Shown piece by piece: positions 1 through 9,947 of a stretch of DNA of 64,000 nt. The position numbers and the translations under genes were made by a program. Origin of the DNA: Candidatus Binatia bacterium (GTDB taxonomy: Bacteria > Desulfobacterota > Binatia > HRBIN30 > CADEER01). The stretch covers positions 1,172 to 65,171 of the forward strand of contig JBFXHX010000021.1 of NCBI GenBank assembly GCA_050176585.1, given 5' to 3'. Position 1 is the first letter of the stretch. Each line of letters begins with the position of its first letter. The notes beneath the pieces were generated by a model. The model was not told where the DNA came from and made no database searches. It saw nothing but the letters and a program-made list of their open reading frames with translations.

Positions 1-102
1 CGGTATTCCGGAGTCGGTCGATATGCCAGCGCCGGTCAGCACGACGATGTGGCGGGCTTCGCGAATCCACCCGCGGACCGTTGCGATTTCCGTGTCGTAC
101 AT
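1..102 (-). CDS. cobB: NAD-dependent deacylase (Sir2/CobB family), 5' end only; gene runs off the window
   Basis: Manual translation from ATG at 102: MYDTEIATVRGWIREARHIVVLTGAGISTDSGIP, the sirtuin GAGISxxSGIP motif. Not in the ORF track. Confidence 0.85.
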   Translation of the reverse strand, partial: MYDTEIATVRGWIREARHIVVLTGAGISTDSGIP

Positions 103-239
103 CGCGGTTCCGGAAACCAGATCATAGACGCCGGCGCAAGGACACTGGGTACCGGGCCGCGGCAGCTCGAGCCGGCTCCAGATCCGGCGCGGCTGCGCGC
201 GGTGGAGCGCACCCGCACGTCGCGCTAGTGTGCTGCACC

Positions 240-887
240 ATGCGCGAGCCACTCGTGCTCCTGCTGATTGCGACCGCTGGCGTGGTGGTATCCGGCATCG
301 GCCCGTATGACCGCATCACGTGGTGGCTGGAAGTGGCACCGGTGCTCGTCGGCGCGCCCATCCTGGTGGCGACCTACCGGCGCTTTCCGCTCACACCGCT
401 CGCCTATCGGCTGCTCTGCGCGCACGCGCTCATCCTCTGTCTCGGCGCGCACTACACGTACGCCCGCGTGCCGCTCGGGTACTGGGCACAGGAGCTGTTC
501 GGCTTCGCGCGCAACCACTACGACCGGATCGGCCACTTTGCACAGGGCTTCTCTCCGGCGATCGCCGCCCGCGAGGTGCTGCTGCGCACGTCGCCGCTGC
601 GGCCGGGCAAGTGGCTGGGCTTCCTGGTCACATGTGTGGCCCTGGCGATGAGCGCGTTCTACGAGTTCATCGAATGGTGGGCGGCGCTGCTCGGCGGGGA
701 ATCGGCCGCGGCGTTCCTCGGCACGCAGGGCGATCCGTGGGATACACAGTGGGACATGTGCATGGCGCTGTGCGGCGCAGTGCTCGCACAGCTGCTGCTC
801 AGCCGGCCACACGATCGGCAGATTTCGGCGCTTGCGCATGGCGCAGGCGCGGCGCCCGTGCGCCGGATCAGCACGCAGGCCTGCTGA
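240..887 (+). CDS. DUF2238/YjdF-like inner membrane protein
   Basis: Hydrophobic; TWWLE, HYTYARVPLG, RNHYDRIGHFAQG and GTQGDPWDTQWDM motifs; start moved to ATG 240 (MREPLVLL). Confidence 0.85.
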   Translation: MREPLVLLLIATAGVVVSGIGPYDRITWWLEVAPVLVGAPILVATYRRFPLTPLAYRLLCAHALILCLGAHYTYARVPLGYWAQELFGFARNHYDRIGHFAQGFSPAIAAREVLLRTSPLRPGKWLGFLVTCVALAMSAFYEFIEWWAALLGGESAAAFLGTQGDPWDTQWDMCMALCGAVLAQLLLSRPHDRQISALAHGAGAAPVRRISTQAC

Positions 888-895
888 CGACTCTC

Positions 896-1426
896 CTAAC
901 GCTGCTTCTCGTACGTGCCGATCAGCTCGGTCGTTTGCAGCACGTGACTGCGCATGAACTCCTCGACTGTGCCCTTGCTGGCCGCGCCGAGGTCGGGTAG
1001 CGGGGCGCCGAGCGCGTAGAGCTTGAAGCTGTATCGGTGTTTCCCGGTCGGAGGGCACGGGCCATCGTACACCGGGTTGCCGAGCTCGTTGACGCCCGCT
1101 TGCGCCCCGTCGGGCAGCGCGCCGCCCTCGGGCAGCTCGCGGGCGCTGGCGGGGATGTTGTAGATCACCCAGTGCACCCACGGAGTCTTCCTCGGTCGGA
1201 GCGGATCCGGGGCGTCCGGATCATCAGCGATGAGCACGAAGCTCTTCGTGTCCGCCGGCGGCGCGTCCCACTTCAGCGGCGGCGCGACGTCCGCGCCCTC
1301 GCACGTGTACTTCGCGGGAATCGGCCCGTTGGGCTCGAATACCTTCGAGGTGAGCGTGAACGCGCCCGCCGCCGCCGGGAAGAGCGCGGCGCATGCGAGC
1401 GTCACCTGCCACATCTGGACAGTCAT
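896..1426 (-). CDS. YbhB/YbcL family (PEBP/RKIP-like) secreted protein
   Basis: Signal peptide, DPDAP, WVHWVIYNIP, GPCPPTGKHRY motifs. Confidence 0.92.
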   Translation of the reverse strand: MTVQMWQVTLACAALFPAAAGAFTLTSKVFEPNGPIPAKYTCEGADVAPPLKWDAPPADTKSFVLIADDPDAPDPLRPRKTPWVHWVIYNIPASARELPEGGALPDGAQAGVNELGNPVYDGPCPPTGKHRYSFKLYALGAPLPDLGAASKGTVEEFMRSHVLQTTELIGTYEKQR

Positions 1427-1920
1427 GCCTTGGTCCCCTTTGTCCGCTTCGCCGGCTCCGCGCGCTCCAGCGCCTGCTTGAGATTCTGCATGTACCGGTT
1501 CGCGACGCGGTCCGCCTCGCGCTCGGCTACTGATTTCACCATGCGCTGCAACAGCGCGGGAACCGGAGTGTTCGGCGCCAGCGTTTGTCGCAGCGCGATG
1601 CGGGTGCCATCACCGGCGGATTCGAGGCGGAGCTCACCGTCGACTTCGGTGTTGTCCTCCGGCGCATCGACGCTCGTGAACCGAATCACCCGCTCGCCAT
1701 CGCCTTCATACCGTGTGGTGTAGCGGACGGCCATGCTCACGCCGGCGAGCGAGACTTCGCGGTAGGCGAAAGCGTAGGTCTGCGGGCCGACGCGCGTGCA
1801 GCGGGCCAGGCCAGGGATGCACGAGGAAGAGCCCACCACGTCCCACAGCATCGCATACACCCGCGCGATGGGGACGGCGACCGTAGTCGCGCTCTCCATC
1901 GCGGTCGGAAATTTCGCCAT
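1423..1920 (-). CDS. SRPBCC/CoxG-like ligand-binding protein
   Basis: MAKFPTAMES...LWDVVGSSSCIPG resembles the SRPBCC/CoxG N-terminus; 4-bp overlap with the next gene. Confidence 0.65.
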   Translation of the reverse strand: MAKFPTAMESATTVAVPIARVYAMLWDVVGSSSCIPGLARCTRVGPQTYAFAYREVSLAGVSMAVRYTTRYEGDGERVIRFTSVDAPEDNTEVDGELRLESAGDGTRIALRQTLAPNTPVPALLQRMVKSVAEREADRVANRYMQNLKQALERAEPAKRTKGTKA

Positions 1921-2023
1921 CGCGCGCTCCTGCCCCGAACAAGGAAACCACACATCCGCGCGAATGCACACAGCGCGCCCGGCGGGTGTTGCGGCCGGCG
2001 CGGCTGTGGTTTGATCGCGCACG

Positions 2024-2581
2024 ATGGTGCAGAGACGCGCCGACGCTCCCGCGCGCCCGAGCAACCGGCGCCGGTCCGCGCGGGCGCCGACGCGAGGGCG
2101 GCGCCCGCAACGAAATCGTGCGGCGAAGGTGATCGGCCTGATCTCGGATACGCACGGCCTTGTGCGGCCGGAGGCTCTACGGGCGCTCGCCGGGTGCGAC
2201 CTGATCATCCACGCGGGCGACATCGGATCGCCGGCGGTGCTGGCGGCGTTACGAGAGCTGGCACCGGTTCGCGCCGTGCGCGGCAACAACGACCGGGATG
2301 CATGGGCGAGCGATCTGGCCGAGGTGGAGGTCGTCCACATCGCGGGCGTCCGCCTCCTGGTCGGGCACGATGTGCGCGCGCTCGACGTCCAACGAGCGCC
2401 TGGGCCTTGCGCCGCCGTGATCGCGGGGCACTCGCATCGCCCCGCGATCGAGGAGCGGAGCGGCACGCTGTACGTCAATCCCGGGAGCGCCGGACCGCGC
2501 CGGTTCTCGCTACCGGTCGCGGTCGGCAAGCTGTACATCGCCGGCCGCGGCGTACGCGCGGAGTTGATACGGCTCGCCTGA
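2024..2581 (+). CDS. Metallophosphoesterase, YfcE/MJ0936 family
   Basis: SDTH, HAGD, RGNND, GHSH, NPGS motifs. Confidence 0.92.
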   Translation: MVQRRADAPARPSNRRRSARAPTRGRRPQRNRAAKVIGLISDTHGLVRPEALRALAGCDLIIHAGDIGSPAVLAALRELAPVRAVRGNNDRDAWASDLAEVEVVHIAGVRLLVGHDVRALDVQRAPGPCAAVIAGHSHRPAIEERSGTLYVNPGSAGPRRFSLPVAVGKLYIAGRGVRAELIRLA

Positions 2582-2652
2582 GGATGGGCCGCCGAGACCT
2601 CGCGGTGGCGGCGAGGAATTATGGAGGCCGAGCGCTCGCGGCGCGACGAGAC

Positions 2653-2913
2653 CTAGTCTTTCACGTCCTGACCCGCGTCCTCGAGCTTCTCTCCGGCCCT
2701 GTCCAGACCTTCGCCGGTCTTTTCGATTACCGTGCCGACGCCGTGCTTGGTCGAATCCTCGGTCGCCTCGTAGCCGTGCTTGACGTCCTGTTCGATCGCC
2801 TCGCCGACTTCCTTCGCGCCTTCCTTGATGGAGGGCTCATCTGCCGCGCGAACCCCTCGGACGGCGAGGAAGCTCAAGGCGATGAAGAGTGCGTGCATGC
2901 CGACTGAGCGCAT
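2653..2913 (-). CDS. Small secreted charged protein (LEA/stress-protein-like composition)
   Basis: GGAGGAGG RBS before ATG 2913, signal peptide ending VRA, repetitive KEGAKEVG/GEKLEDAG helix. Confidence 0.6.
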   Translation of the reverse strand: MRSVGMHALFIALSFLAVRGVRAADEPSIKEGAKEVGEAIEQDVKHGYEATEDSTKHGVGTVIEKTGEGLDRAGEKLEDAGQDVKD

Positions 2914-2966
2914 GTTCGTTCCTCCTCCGAGTTCGCGAAACGCCGGCCCGCGCGGCGCACGCGCCA

Positions 2967-4925
2967 TTAGCTTCCGGTGACCAGTCGCACGGGAGCGGCC
3001 GGTCGCAGCGCGTCTAGATGCGCGCTCACGCGGGCCGTGAGCTGCTCCACGTCCAGCCCGGCGTGCGCGAGTTGTTCGCTGCGCTGCCCGTGATCGATGA
3101 ACTGATCCGGCAGCGCAAACGGCATCACGCGATCGGCTTCGAGATCCGGCCGGCTGCGGGCGAATTCCAGCACCGCAGATCCGAACCCCCCGGCCAGGAC
3201 GTGATCCTCGAGCGTGAAGACCACCGGTTGACGTTTCAGCTCGGCCGCGATGCGCTCTTCGTCGAGCGGTTTGACGAACCGCGCATTCACGACCGCCAAA
3301 TGGCGGCCGGAGGCTTCGGCCACGCGGCGGCGGACTTCCAGGGCGGCGTACACCAAGGGGCCGTAGACCAGCAGGCAGCCCTCTTCACCCGGCGCGAGTA
3401 TCTCAGCCGCGCCGACGCCGAACGGCGCGTGCGGCAGCTGCACGTCGGGCTTGGCGCCACTGCCGCGTGGGAAGCGAATCGCGGTGGGCCCGTGAACGGT
3501 GGCTGCGAGGTCCATCATCTGCACGAGCTCGCCGGTGTCACGCGGCGCCATCAGCACGAAGTTCGGCAGGCAGCGCAGGTACGCGATGTCGAACACGCCG
3601 TTGTGCGTGGCGCCATCCGACCCAACCAGCCCACCGCGGTCCAGGCAGAAGATGACGCGGGCGTTCTGCAGCGCCACTTCCTGGAACGCTTGATCGTACG
3701 CGCGCTGCAAGAACGTCGAGTAGATGGCACAGATCGGCAGCTGGCCGGCCAGGGCGAGCCCCGCGGCGAGGCTGACTGCGTGCTGCTCGGCCATGCCGAC
3801 GTCGAGGCAGCGATCGGGGAAGCGTTCCTGCACCTTCGTCAGGCCGGAGCCGTCGAGCATCGCCGGCGTGAGCACGAACACGCGCGGATCGCGCTCGAGC
3901 ATCCTCGCTGACTGCTCGGCGAATGCCGCGGCGAAGGTGGGGCCGCCTTGATCGGGGTACTCGCTGGCACTCGCGCCGGGCGGGAGTTTTCCGCTCGCGG
4001 CGTGATAGCAGGTCGTATCCGGGATGTCGTCCTTGTAGCCGCGACCCTTCTTGGTGACGACGTGGATCAGCACCGGGCGGCGCATCCAGCGCGTGGCGCG
4101 GAACGCGGTCCGCAGCGCCTCGATGTCGTGGCCGTCGATCGGACCGTAATAGAAGAATCCGAGCTCTTCGAAGATGATCCCGAGCCCATGCTGCGGGATG
4201 ATGCCCTGCAGCGAGTGATACCAGCGCTGAAGCACGTCCTCGACGTCGTCGCCGATGCGTGGAATGCGGCGGATGGCACCCTGAATCGTGCGCAGCCGCT
4301 GGTTCAGCCACGTCGAGCTGCGCGCCCGCGATAAGTAGGCGCTGAGCGCTCCTACGCTCGGGCTGATGCTCATGTTGTTGTCATTGAGCACCACCACGAG
4401 CTCGAGATCCTTGAAGGACCCGCCGTGGTTCAAGGCTTCGAACGCGTTGCCTTCCTGCAGCGAGCCGTCGCCGATCACGGCCACCGCTTTGCGTCCGGCG
4501 GTCTCCGGCTCCTCGCGCCAGGCGAGCGCAAAACCCATGGCCGTAGAGATGCTCGTCCCGCCGTGCCCGGTCTTGACCGTGTCGTAGGGCGACTCGGTCG
4601 GATCGGGAAAGCCAGACAGCCCCCGCCACTGCCGCAGGGTGGCGAACTGCGAGCGGCGACCGGTGAGGAGTTTGTGCGGGTAGCACTGGTGGCCCACATC
4701 CCACACCAGCTTGTCGCGTTCGTTGAAGTGGTACTCGGCGTACAGCGCGAGGGTGAGCTCGACGACGCCCAAGCCGGCGCCGAGATGTCCTCCGGTCGCC
4801 GTGACGGATTCGATGATGAACGCACGCAACTCCGCGGCGAGCTCGCGCAGGCCGTCGGCGTCCATGTCCTTGACGTCGTCGGCAGACGCCAGCGCGTCGA
4901 TGAGCGGATAGCGCGGCTCGGGCAT
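2967..4925 (-). CDS. dxs: 1-deoxy-D-xylulose-5-phosphate synthase
   Basis: GGHLG, WDVGHQ.YPHK, GDG...NDN TPP motif, GPIDGHD, DVGMAEQHA, IYSTFLQRAYDQ, DGATH; start 4925 or 4931. Confidence 0.97.
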   Translation of the reverse strand: MPEPRYPLIDALASADDVKDMDADGLRELAAELRAFIIESVTATGGHLGAGLGVVELTLALYAEYHFNERDKLVWDVGHQCYPHKLLTGRRSQFATLRQWRGLSGFPDPTESPYDTVKTGHGGTSISTAMGFALAWREEPETAGRKAVAVIGDGSLQEGNAFEALNHGGSFKDLELVVVLNDNNMSISPSVGALSAYLSRARSSTWLNQRLRTIQGAIRRIPRIGDDVEDVLQRWYHSLQGIIPQHGLGIIFEELGFFYYGPIDGHDIEALRTAFRATRWMRRPVLIHVVTKKGRGYKDDIPDTTCYHAASGKLPPGASASEYPDQGGPTFAAAFAEQSARMLERDPRVFVLTPAMLDGSGLTKVQERFPDRCLDVGMAEQHAVSLAAGLALAGQLPICAIYSTFLQRAYDQAFQEVALQNARVIFCLDRGGLVGSDGATHNGVFDIAYLRCLPNFVLMAPRDTGELVQMMDLAATVHGPTAIRFPRGSGAKPDVQLPHAPFGVGAAEILAPGEEGCLLVYGPLVYAALEVRRRVAEASGRHLAVVNARFVKPLDEERIAAELKRQPVVFTLEDHVLAGGFGSAVLEFARSRPDLEADRVMPFALPDQFIDHGQRSEQLAHAGLDVEQLTARVSAHLDALRPAAPVRLVTGS

Positions 4926-5047
4926 GATCATTGATCCCTCCACGCTACACTTCTCACCCCGGGCCGCAATGGCGCAAGCGCCCGGCCGCTCGTCGGTCGC
5001 GACCTGGCACCGCCCGGGAGCGAAGCCGTCTCGACGAGCACCACCGG

Positions 5048-5356
5048 TCAGACAGCGGGCGCGGCGCCCAACCAGCCGCGACTCACGACGTCCGACATGG
5101 TGAGCGCGATCATGATGGCGAGGAAGATGAAGCTCGACCCCATGACGGCCCACGTGAGGCGCGGGCTGTCGCGCAGATCCATGAAGTAATACATCACCAG
5201 GAGCGACTTGACGGAGGCGATGCCGAGCGCCACCGGGGTGTTCAAGAATGCCATGTCGAGAAATGCGGCGCCGACGGTCACGCCGGTGAGCGCGAGCAGC
5301 GCCGTATAAATGCCGAAGAGGGTTGCGACCGAGGCGCCATGCGTTTCTTGCGACAT
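5048..5356 (-). CDS. ctaF: Cytochrome c oxidase subunit IV (caa3-type)
   Basis: Three TM helices, IASVKSLLVMYYFMDL motif, last gene of the cox block. Confidence 0.88.
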   Translation of the reverse strand: MSQETHGASVATLFGIYTALLALTGVTVGAAFLDMAFLNTPVALGIASVKSLLVMYYFMDLRDSPRLTWAVMGSSFIFLAIMIALTMSDVVSRGWLGAAPAV

Positions 5357-5364
5357 GTCGGGCC

Positions 5365-6012
5365 TCAATGCCGTCCGAGCAGGTACAGCAGTGGAAAGAG
5401 CCATATCCACACGATGTCTACGAAGTGCCAGTACAAGCCGCACATCTCGACCGGCGTGTAGTAGTTGCGGTTGAACGCGCCCCGGTAGGCGCCCACCAGT
5501 AGCCAGATCAGCAGCCCCGCGCCGACGATCATGTGCAAGGCATGCAGCCCGGTCATGGCGAAGTACAGCGAGAAGAAGAGCTGGGCGTTCGTCGGATCGG
5601 GCCCGTGATAGGCGAAATTGGGTCCCGGGATCAGGTGCTCATGCCACTTGTGCGTGTATTCGTAGGCCTTCACGCCGAGGAAGACCAAGCCGAGGATCAA
5701 CGTGAGCGTCAGGTTGATCATCAGCCGCACGCGCTTGCTCACCTGCGCCGCGTGCACCGATAGCGCCATCGTCAAGCTGCTCGTCAGCAGGACGACAGTG
5801 TTGAATGCCCCGAGCTTGATGTCGAGGTGATGGCTGGCTCCGTGGAAAGCCTCCGGATAGAGCGACCGATAGGCGACGTACGCCGTGAAGAGGCCGCCAA
5901 AAAACATGACCTCGTTGACGAGGAACAGCCACATCCCGAGCGACGACGCGTCGCGCTGCTGCTCAGCGTCATCGAACTGGTGGGCGACGTACGGTGCGGT
6001 CTGCTCAAGCAA
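5365..6012 (-). CDS. ctaE: Cytochrome c oxidase subunit III
   Basis: [35 protein letters not shown]; TTG start at 6012 behind AGGAGG. Confidence 0.95.
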   Translation of the reverse strand: MLEQTAPYVAHQFDDAEQQRDASSLGMWLFLVNEVMFFGGLFTAYVAYRSLYPEAFHGASHHLDIKLGAFNTVVLLTSSLTMALSVHAAQVSKRVRLMINLTLTLILGLVFLGVKAYEYTHKWHEHLIPGPNFAYHGPDPTNAQLFFSLYFAMTGLHALHMIVGAGLLIWLLVGAYRGAFNRNYYTPVEMCGLYWHFVDIVWIWLFPLLYLLGRH

Positions 6013-7660
6013 CGCGGACCTCCTCTGTCGGGACGTCGTGCGACGTGTACATGTACGGCTCTTCGGTGACGATCGGTGTCTGCACGAAGTTTTCCGTCGG
6101 CGGTGGCGAGCTCGTCCGCCACTCCAGACCGGTCGCATGCCACGGATTCGCGACGGCGCGTTTCCCGCGCTTGAGCGACCACAGGAAGTACGCGAGGGGC
6201 AGCAGATAGCCGACCGCGAGGATCGACGCGCCGGCCGATGACAACACGTTCAGTACCTGAAACTCGTCGGGGTAGGAGTGATACCGGCGCGGCATACCGA
6301 GGTAGCCGAGCACGAACTGCGGGAAGAACGTCAGGTTGAAGCCGATGAAGACGATGATCGCCGCGATGCGCGCCAGGTTCTCCGGGTACATGCGGCCGAA
6401 CATCTTCGGCCACCAGAAGTGCAGCCCGCCGAGGAACGCCAACACCGCGCCACCGACCATGATGTAGTGGAAGTGCGCGACCACGAAGTAGGTGTCGTGC
6501 ACGTGCAGGTCGAGCCCCATGGCGGCCAGAAAGAGGCCGGTCAGCCCGCCGATCGTGAACAAGCCAATGAACCCGAGGGCGTAGAGCATCGGCGCTTCGA
6601 AGCTCACCGCGCCCCTGTAGAGCGTCGCCGTCCAGTTGAAGACCTTCACGGCGGACGGAATCGCCACCAGGAACGTCAGGATCGAGAAGACCAGGCCCGC
6701 GTATACCGACTGACTGCTGGCGAACAGATGATGGCCCCACACCAGAAAGCCGAGCACGGCGATGGCGATGCTCGAGAACGCGATGAAGCTGTAGCCGAAG
6801 ATCGGTTTGCGGGCGAAGGTGGTGATAATCTCGTTGATCACACCCATGCCCGGCAGAATCATGATGTAGACCGCTGGGTGGGAGTAGAACCAGAACAGGT
6901 GCTGGTACAGCACCGGGTCACCGCCCAGGGCGGGATCGAAGATGCCGATGCGCAGCCCGCGCTCGAGCGCCAGGAGCAACAAGGTGATCGCAATCACCGG
7001 CGTGCCCAACACCATGATCAAGCTGGTCGCGTAGTGCGCCCAGATGAACAGCGGCAGGCGGAACCACGTCAGGCCCGGCGCCCGCATGCGGTGGATGGTC
7101 ACGATGAAGTTCAAGCCGGTGAGGATGTTCGAAAAGCCGTTGATGAAGACGCCGACCGCGGTCAGCATCACGTTCGAGTTCGAAAAGGTGCTGCTGTAGG
7201 GCGTGTAGAAGGTCCAGCCGGTGTCCACGCCGCCGGCGATCATGGCGGCCATAGTGAACACGCCACCGACCATGTAGATGTACCAGCTCAGCAGGTTGAT
7301 CCGGGGGAACGCGAGGTCGCGGGCCCCGACCATCATCGGGACCAAGAAGTTACCGAGCGTGGCGGGGATGGACGGCAGCAGAAAGAAGAACACCATGAAC
7401 GTGCCGTGCATGGTGAAGAACTTGTTGTACGTGTCGGCCTGCAACAGATCGCCCTTCGGCGTGAGCAGCTCGAGGCGTATGCCGGCCGCGAAGACCGCGC
7501 CAAACGCAAAAAAGGCGACGACGGAGATCAGGTAGAGAACCGCAATCCGCTTGTGGTCCTTCGTCAACAGCCACGACTTGATGCTGTAGTCGGCGTTCAA
7601 ATAGTTTTTCTGCGGCTGCTCGACAGCCTGGAGCGCGGTTTCGGTCGCTGGGGATGCCAT
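6005..7660 (-). CDS. ctaD: Cytochrome c oxidase subunit I (A2 type)
   Basis: [20 protein letters not shown] (YS motif of A2 oxidases), [22 protein letters not shown]. Confidence 0.98.
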   Translation of the reverse strand: MASPATETALQAVEQPQKNYLNADYSIKSWLLTKDHKRIAVLYLISVVAFFAFGAVFAAGIRLELLTPKGDLLQADTYNKFFTMHGTFMVFFFLLPSIPATLGNFLVPMMVGARDLAFPRINLLSWYIYMVGGVFTMAAMIAGGVDTGWTFYTPYSSTFSNSNVMLTAVGVFINGFSNILTGLNFIVTIHRMRAPGLTWFRLPLFIWAHYATSLIMVLGTPVIAITLLLLALERGLRIGIFDPALGGDPVLYQHLFWFYSHPAVYIMILPGMGVINEIITTFARKPIFGYSFIAFSSIAIAVLGFLVWGHHLFASSQSVYAGLVFSILTFLVAIPSAVKVFNWTATLYRGAVSFEAPMLYALGFIGLFTIGGLTGLFLAAMGLDLHVHDTYFVVAHFHYIMVGGAVLAFLGGLHFWWPKMFGRMYPENLARIAAIIVFIGFNLTFFPQFVLGYLGMPRRYHSYPDEFQVLNVLSSAGASILAVGYLLPLAYFLWSLKRGKRAVANPWHATGLEWRTSSPPPTENFVQTPIVTEEPYMYTSHDVPTEEVRVA

Positions 7661-7672
7661 GATCTCGTCCCC

Positions 7673-8707
7673 TTACAAAGCGGTGTCGGGGGCGCTCGGC
7701 GCGCTATGCGCCACGCCTTGCGGCGCGCCCGAGTCGGTCTTGAGCGACTTGATGTACTGAATGAGCTGCATCAGCTCCTCTTCGTTCAGCTGACCTTGAA
7801 ACGTCGGCATCACCGGCTGGTATCCTGCCACGACCTTACCGGCCGGGTTCAGAATCGACTCGCGGATGTACGCCTCGTCGGCCTGCACCGTGCTGCCGTC
7901 GGCGAGCTTGACCGTGGAACCGAAGACGCCGACGAGCGAGGGACCGAGGGCCCCGCCTTGCGGCTGGTGACACGTCGCGCACGCGTTCCGGTTGAAGAGC
8001 GCCTCGCCGGCAGCGGCCGGCGAACTGCTCGGCCCGAGCGACGCGACGACGGCGCCCGGCGGCGAGGGCGGCGGTGGCTGCTCTTCGAGCCAATTCTGAA
8101 AATCCGCCGGCTCCATCACGATGACCTTGCCGATCATCCCCGAGTGCTCGGTCCCGCAGTATTCGGCGCAGAAGAGGTGGTACTCGCCGACCTTCGTCGC
8201 GTGGAACCAGGTCGTCGTGTAGCGGCCGGGCACCACGTCGAATTTGACCCGGAACGCGGGCACGAAAAAGCTGTGGATCACGTCCTCGGACGTCATCGTC
8301 AGCTTGATCGACTGTCCGACCGGCACATGCAGCTCGTTGATCTCACGCCGGCCTTCCATGTGCTGGAGCTTCCACATCCACTGCTTGCCGACCACGAATA
8401 CCTCGTGGGCATTGTCCGGCGGACGTGCGAAGACGAAGAAGAGCCACGCGCCCCAGATGAACATGACCATGGTGATGCCGAACGGCACCACCGACCACGC
8501 CACCTCGAGCAGCGTGGAGCCGTGAATGGGATGCCCGATGGTATTGCCGGGCCGGCGGCGGAACTTCACTGAGAAGATGAGCAGGCAAACGGCTATCGCC
8601 CCGGTGAAGAACACCGTGATCGCGACCATGAACAGGAAGAGGTAGTCGACATGGGCGGCCATGCTCGACGCTTGTTCCGGAAGGAAGAAGAACGGGCTCG
8701 CGTGCAT
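7673..8707 (-). CDS. ctaC: Cytochrome c oxidase subunit II with fused cytochrome c domain (caa3)
   Basis: DVIHSF, CAEYCGTEHSGM CuA motif, C-terminal CATCH...MP heme c domain. Confidence 0.96.
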   Translation of the reverse strand: MHASPFFFLPEQASSMAAHVDYLFLFMVAITVFFTGAIAVCLLIFSVKFRRRPGNTIGHPIHGSTLLEVAWSVVPFGITMVMFIWGAWLFFVFARPPDNAHEVFVVGKQWMWKLQHMEGRREINELHVPVGQSIKLTMTSEDVIHSFFVPAFRVKFDVVPGRYTTTWFHATKVGEYHLFCAEYCGTEHSGMIGKVIVMEPADFQNWLEEQPPPPSPPGAVVASLGPSSSPAAAGEALFNRNACATCHQPQGGALGPSLVGVFGSTVKLADGSTVQADEAYIRESILNPAGKVVAGYQPVMPTFQGQLNEEELMQLIQYIKSLKTDSGAPQGVAHSAPSAPDTAL

Positions 8708-8721
8708 CGTCGTATCTCTCA

Positions 8722-9555
8722 CTACCGGCGGGCCGTCGCCTGCCCGGGGGCCGTCGCGCTCCGCCCGCGGCGCCAGCTCCACAACACGAAGCTCACGAAC
8801 GCGAGGACGGTTGCCGCGCCGCCGAGGCGCACCGCGCCGAGCACGACGTTCGAGTACCGGCCGGTGGCGGGATCGTAGCTGTAACAGAACAGCATCAACT
8901 GATCGACGGGCGAGCCGATGCGGTTCTCGGCCGCTTCCATGAGCCCGAACTTCACATCGCGCGGCGCGTATTCCACCCCATAAAAATATCGGGCCAACAC
9001 GCCTTTCGGCGTTAGCACCATGATCGCCGAAGCGTGGGCGAACTCGTTCTTCTCGGGCAGGTACTGGTATCGGAAGCCCACGGCTTCGGAGAGCTGCTTG
9101 ATGGACGCTTCGTCACCGGTCAGGAAGTGCCAGCCTTGGGCGGCGCCGTCGCGCCCGTATTCCGCCAGGTACTTCGCCTTCTTCTCGGCCGCCAGCGCGG
9201 GCGTCTCGTCCGGATTGAAGCTGACCGTGATGACGTCGAACTGTTGCCCGGCATCGAACGGCAGCGCCTTCATGGACCTGACCAGCCCGTTCAGCACCAG
9301 CGTGCACAACATCGGGCATTCGTAATAGACGAGCGACAAGATCACCGGCTTGTCGCGCATCAGGCTACGCAGTGTGACGGTCTCACCAGCTTCGTTCCGA
9401 AAGCGGAGGTCCAGCGGCACTTGCTCGTTTAAGCGCTGCTCGATGCCGACCTCGCGCAACGCGGCCGGCCGCGTGTCCGCGGCGCCACGCACGGCGGTCG
9501 GAACATGGGCAAGCAGCACCCCGACGAGCAGGGCAGTGATGCGCCAGCGCTTCAT
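8722..9555 (-). CDS. SCO family copper chaperone
   Basis: Signal peptide, YYECPMLC (CxxxC), FAH, C-terminal CYSYDP plus TM. Confidence 0.92.
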   Translation of the reverse strand: MKRWRITALLVGVLLAHVPTAVRGAADTRPAALREVGIEQRLNEQVPLDLRFRNEAGETVTLRSLMRDKPVILSLVYYECPMLCTLVLNGLVRSMKALPFDAGQQFDVITVSFNPDETPALAAEKKAKYLAEYGRDGAAQGWHFLTGDEASIKQLSEAVGFRYQYLPEKNEFAHASAIMVLTPKGVLARYFYGVEYAPRDVKFGLMEAAENRIGSPVDQLMLFCYSYDPATGRYSNVVLGAVRLGGAATVLAFVSFVLWSWRRGRSATAPGQATARR

Positions 9556-9947
9556 CGCGCCGTGGCCTCCGGCTTCTGCCCGGCGCGCTCGGCGAGCAAG
9601 TCGATCGCGCGCGCTATGGGAATTCGGACGACACCCGCGTCCTTGTCCACCCAGCCGTACGAGTTGAGCGTCTCCTCTTCCGCGGCGCGCAGATCGTGAA
9701 GGTCGCGAAGCGGATGCGCCTGCAGGCGCGGTTGGGGCGGCATGCGCCGTCCTTCGACCGCAGCGAGCGGGTTGGCCGGCGGGCTCGAGCGCGCCTCGTA
9801 CAGGGCCAGGCGTTCGAACAGCCCGAACATCAGCGCGAAGGTCATCAGCAGGATGATCAGCAGGGCGAAGCCCGCCCAGACCACGGGCTTCAGGTAGATG
9901 TCGCGTCTTTCGTGCGTGTGTTCGGCGTCGTGTGTAATGGTCGTCAT
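9552..9947 (-). CDS. ActG-like single-TM subunit of alternative complex III
   Basis: One TM, PRLQ...YGWVD...RIPI.RA motif, sits between actF and sco. Confidence 0.7.
   Translation of the reverse strand: MTTITHDAEHTHERRDIYLKPVVWAGFALLIILLMTFALMFGLFERLALYEARSSPPANPLAAVEGRRMPPQPRLQAHPLRDLHDLRAAEEETLNSYGWVDKDAGVVRIPIARAIDLLAERAGQKPEATAR

Noticed and set aside
1-2581. Sirtuin plus metallophosphoesterase as an anti-phage system
   Set aside because: The sirtuin N-terminus is of the housekeeping CobB type and the neighbours are ordinary genes in mixed orientation
6278-8572. 764-aa plus-strand ORF
   Set aside because: Antisense to ctaD/ctaC; typical high-GC shadow with no motifs
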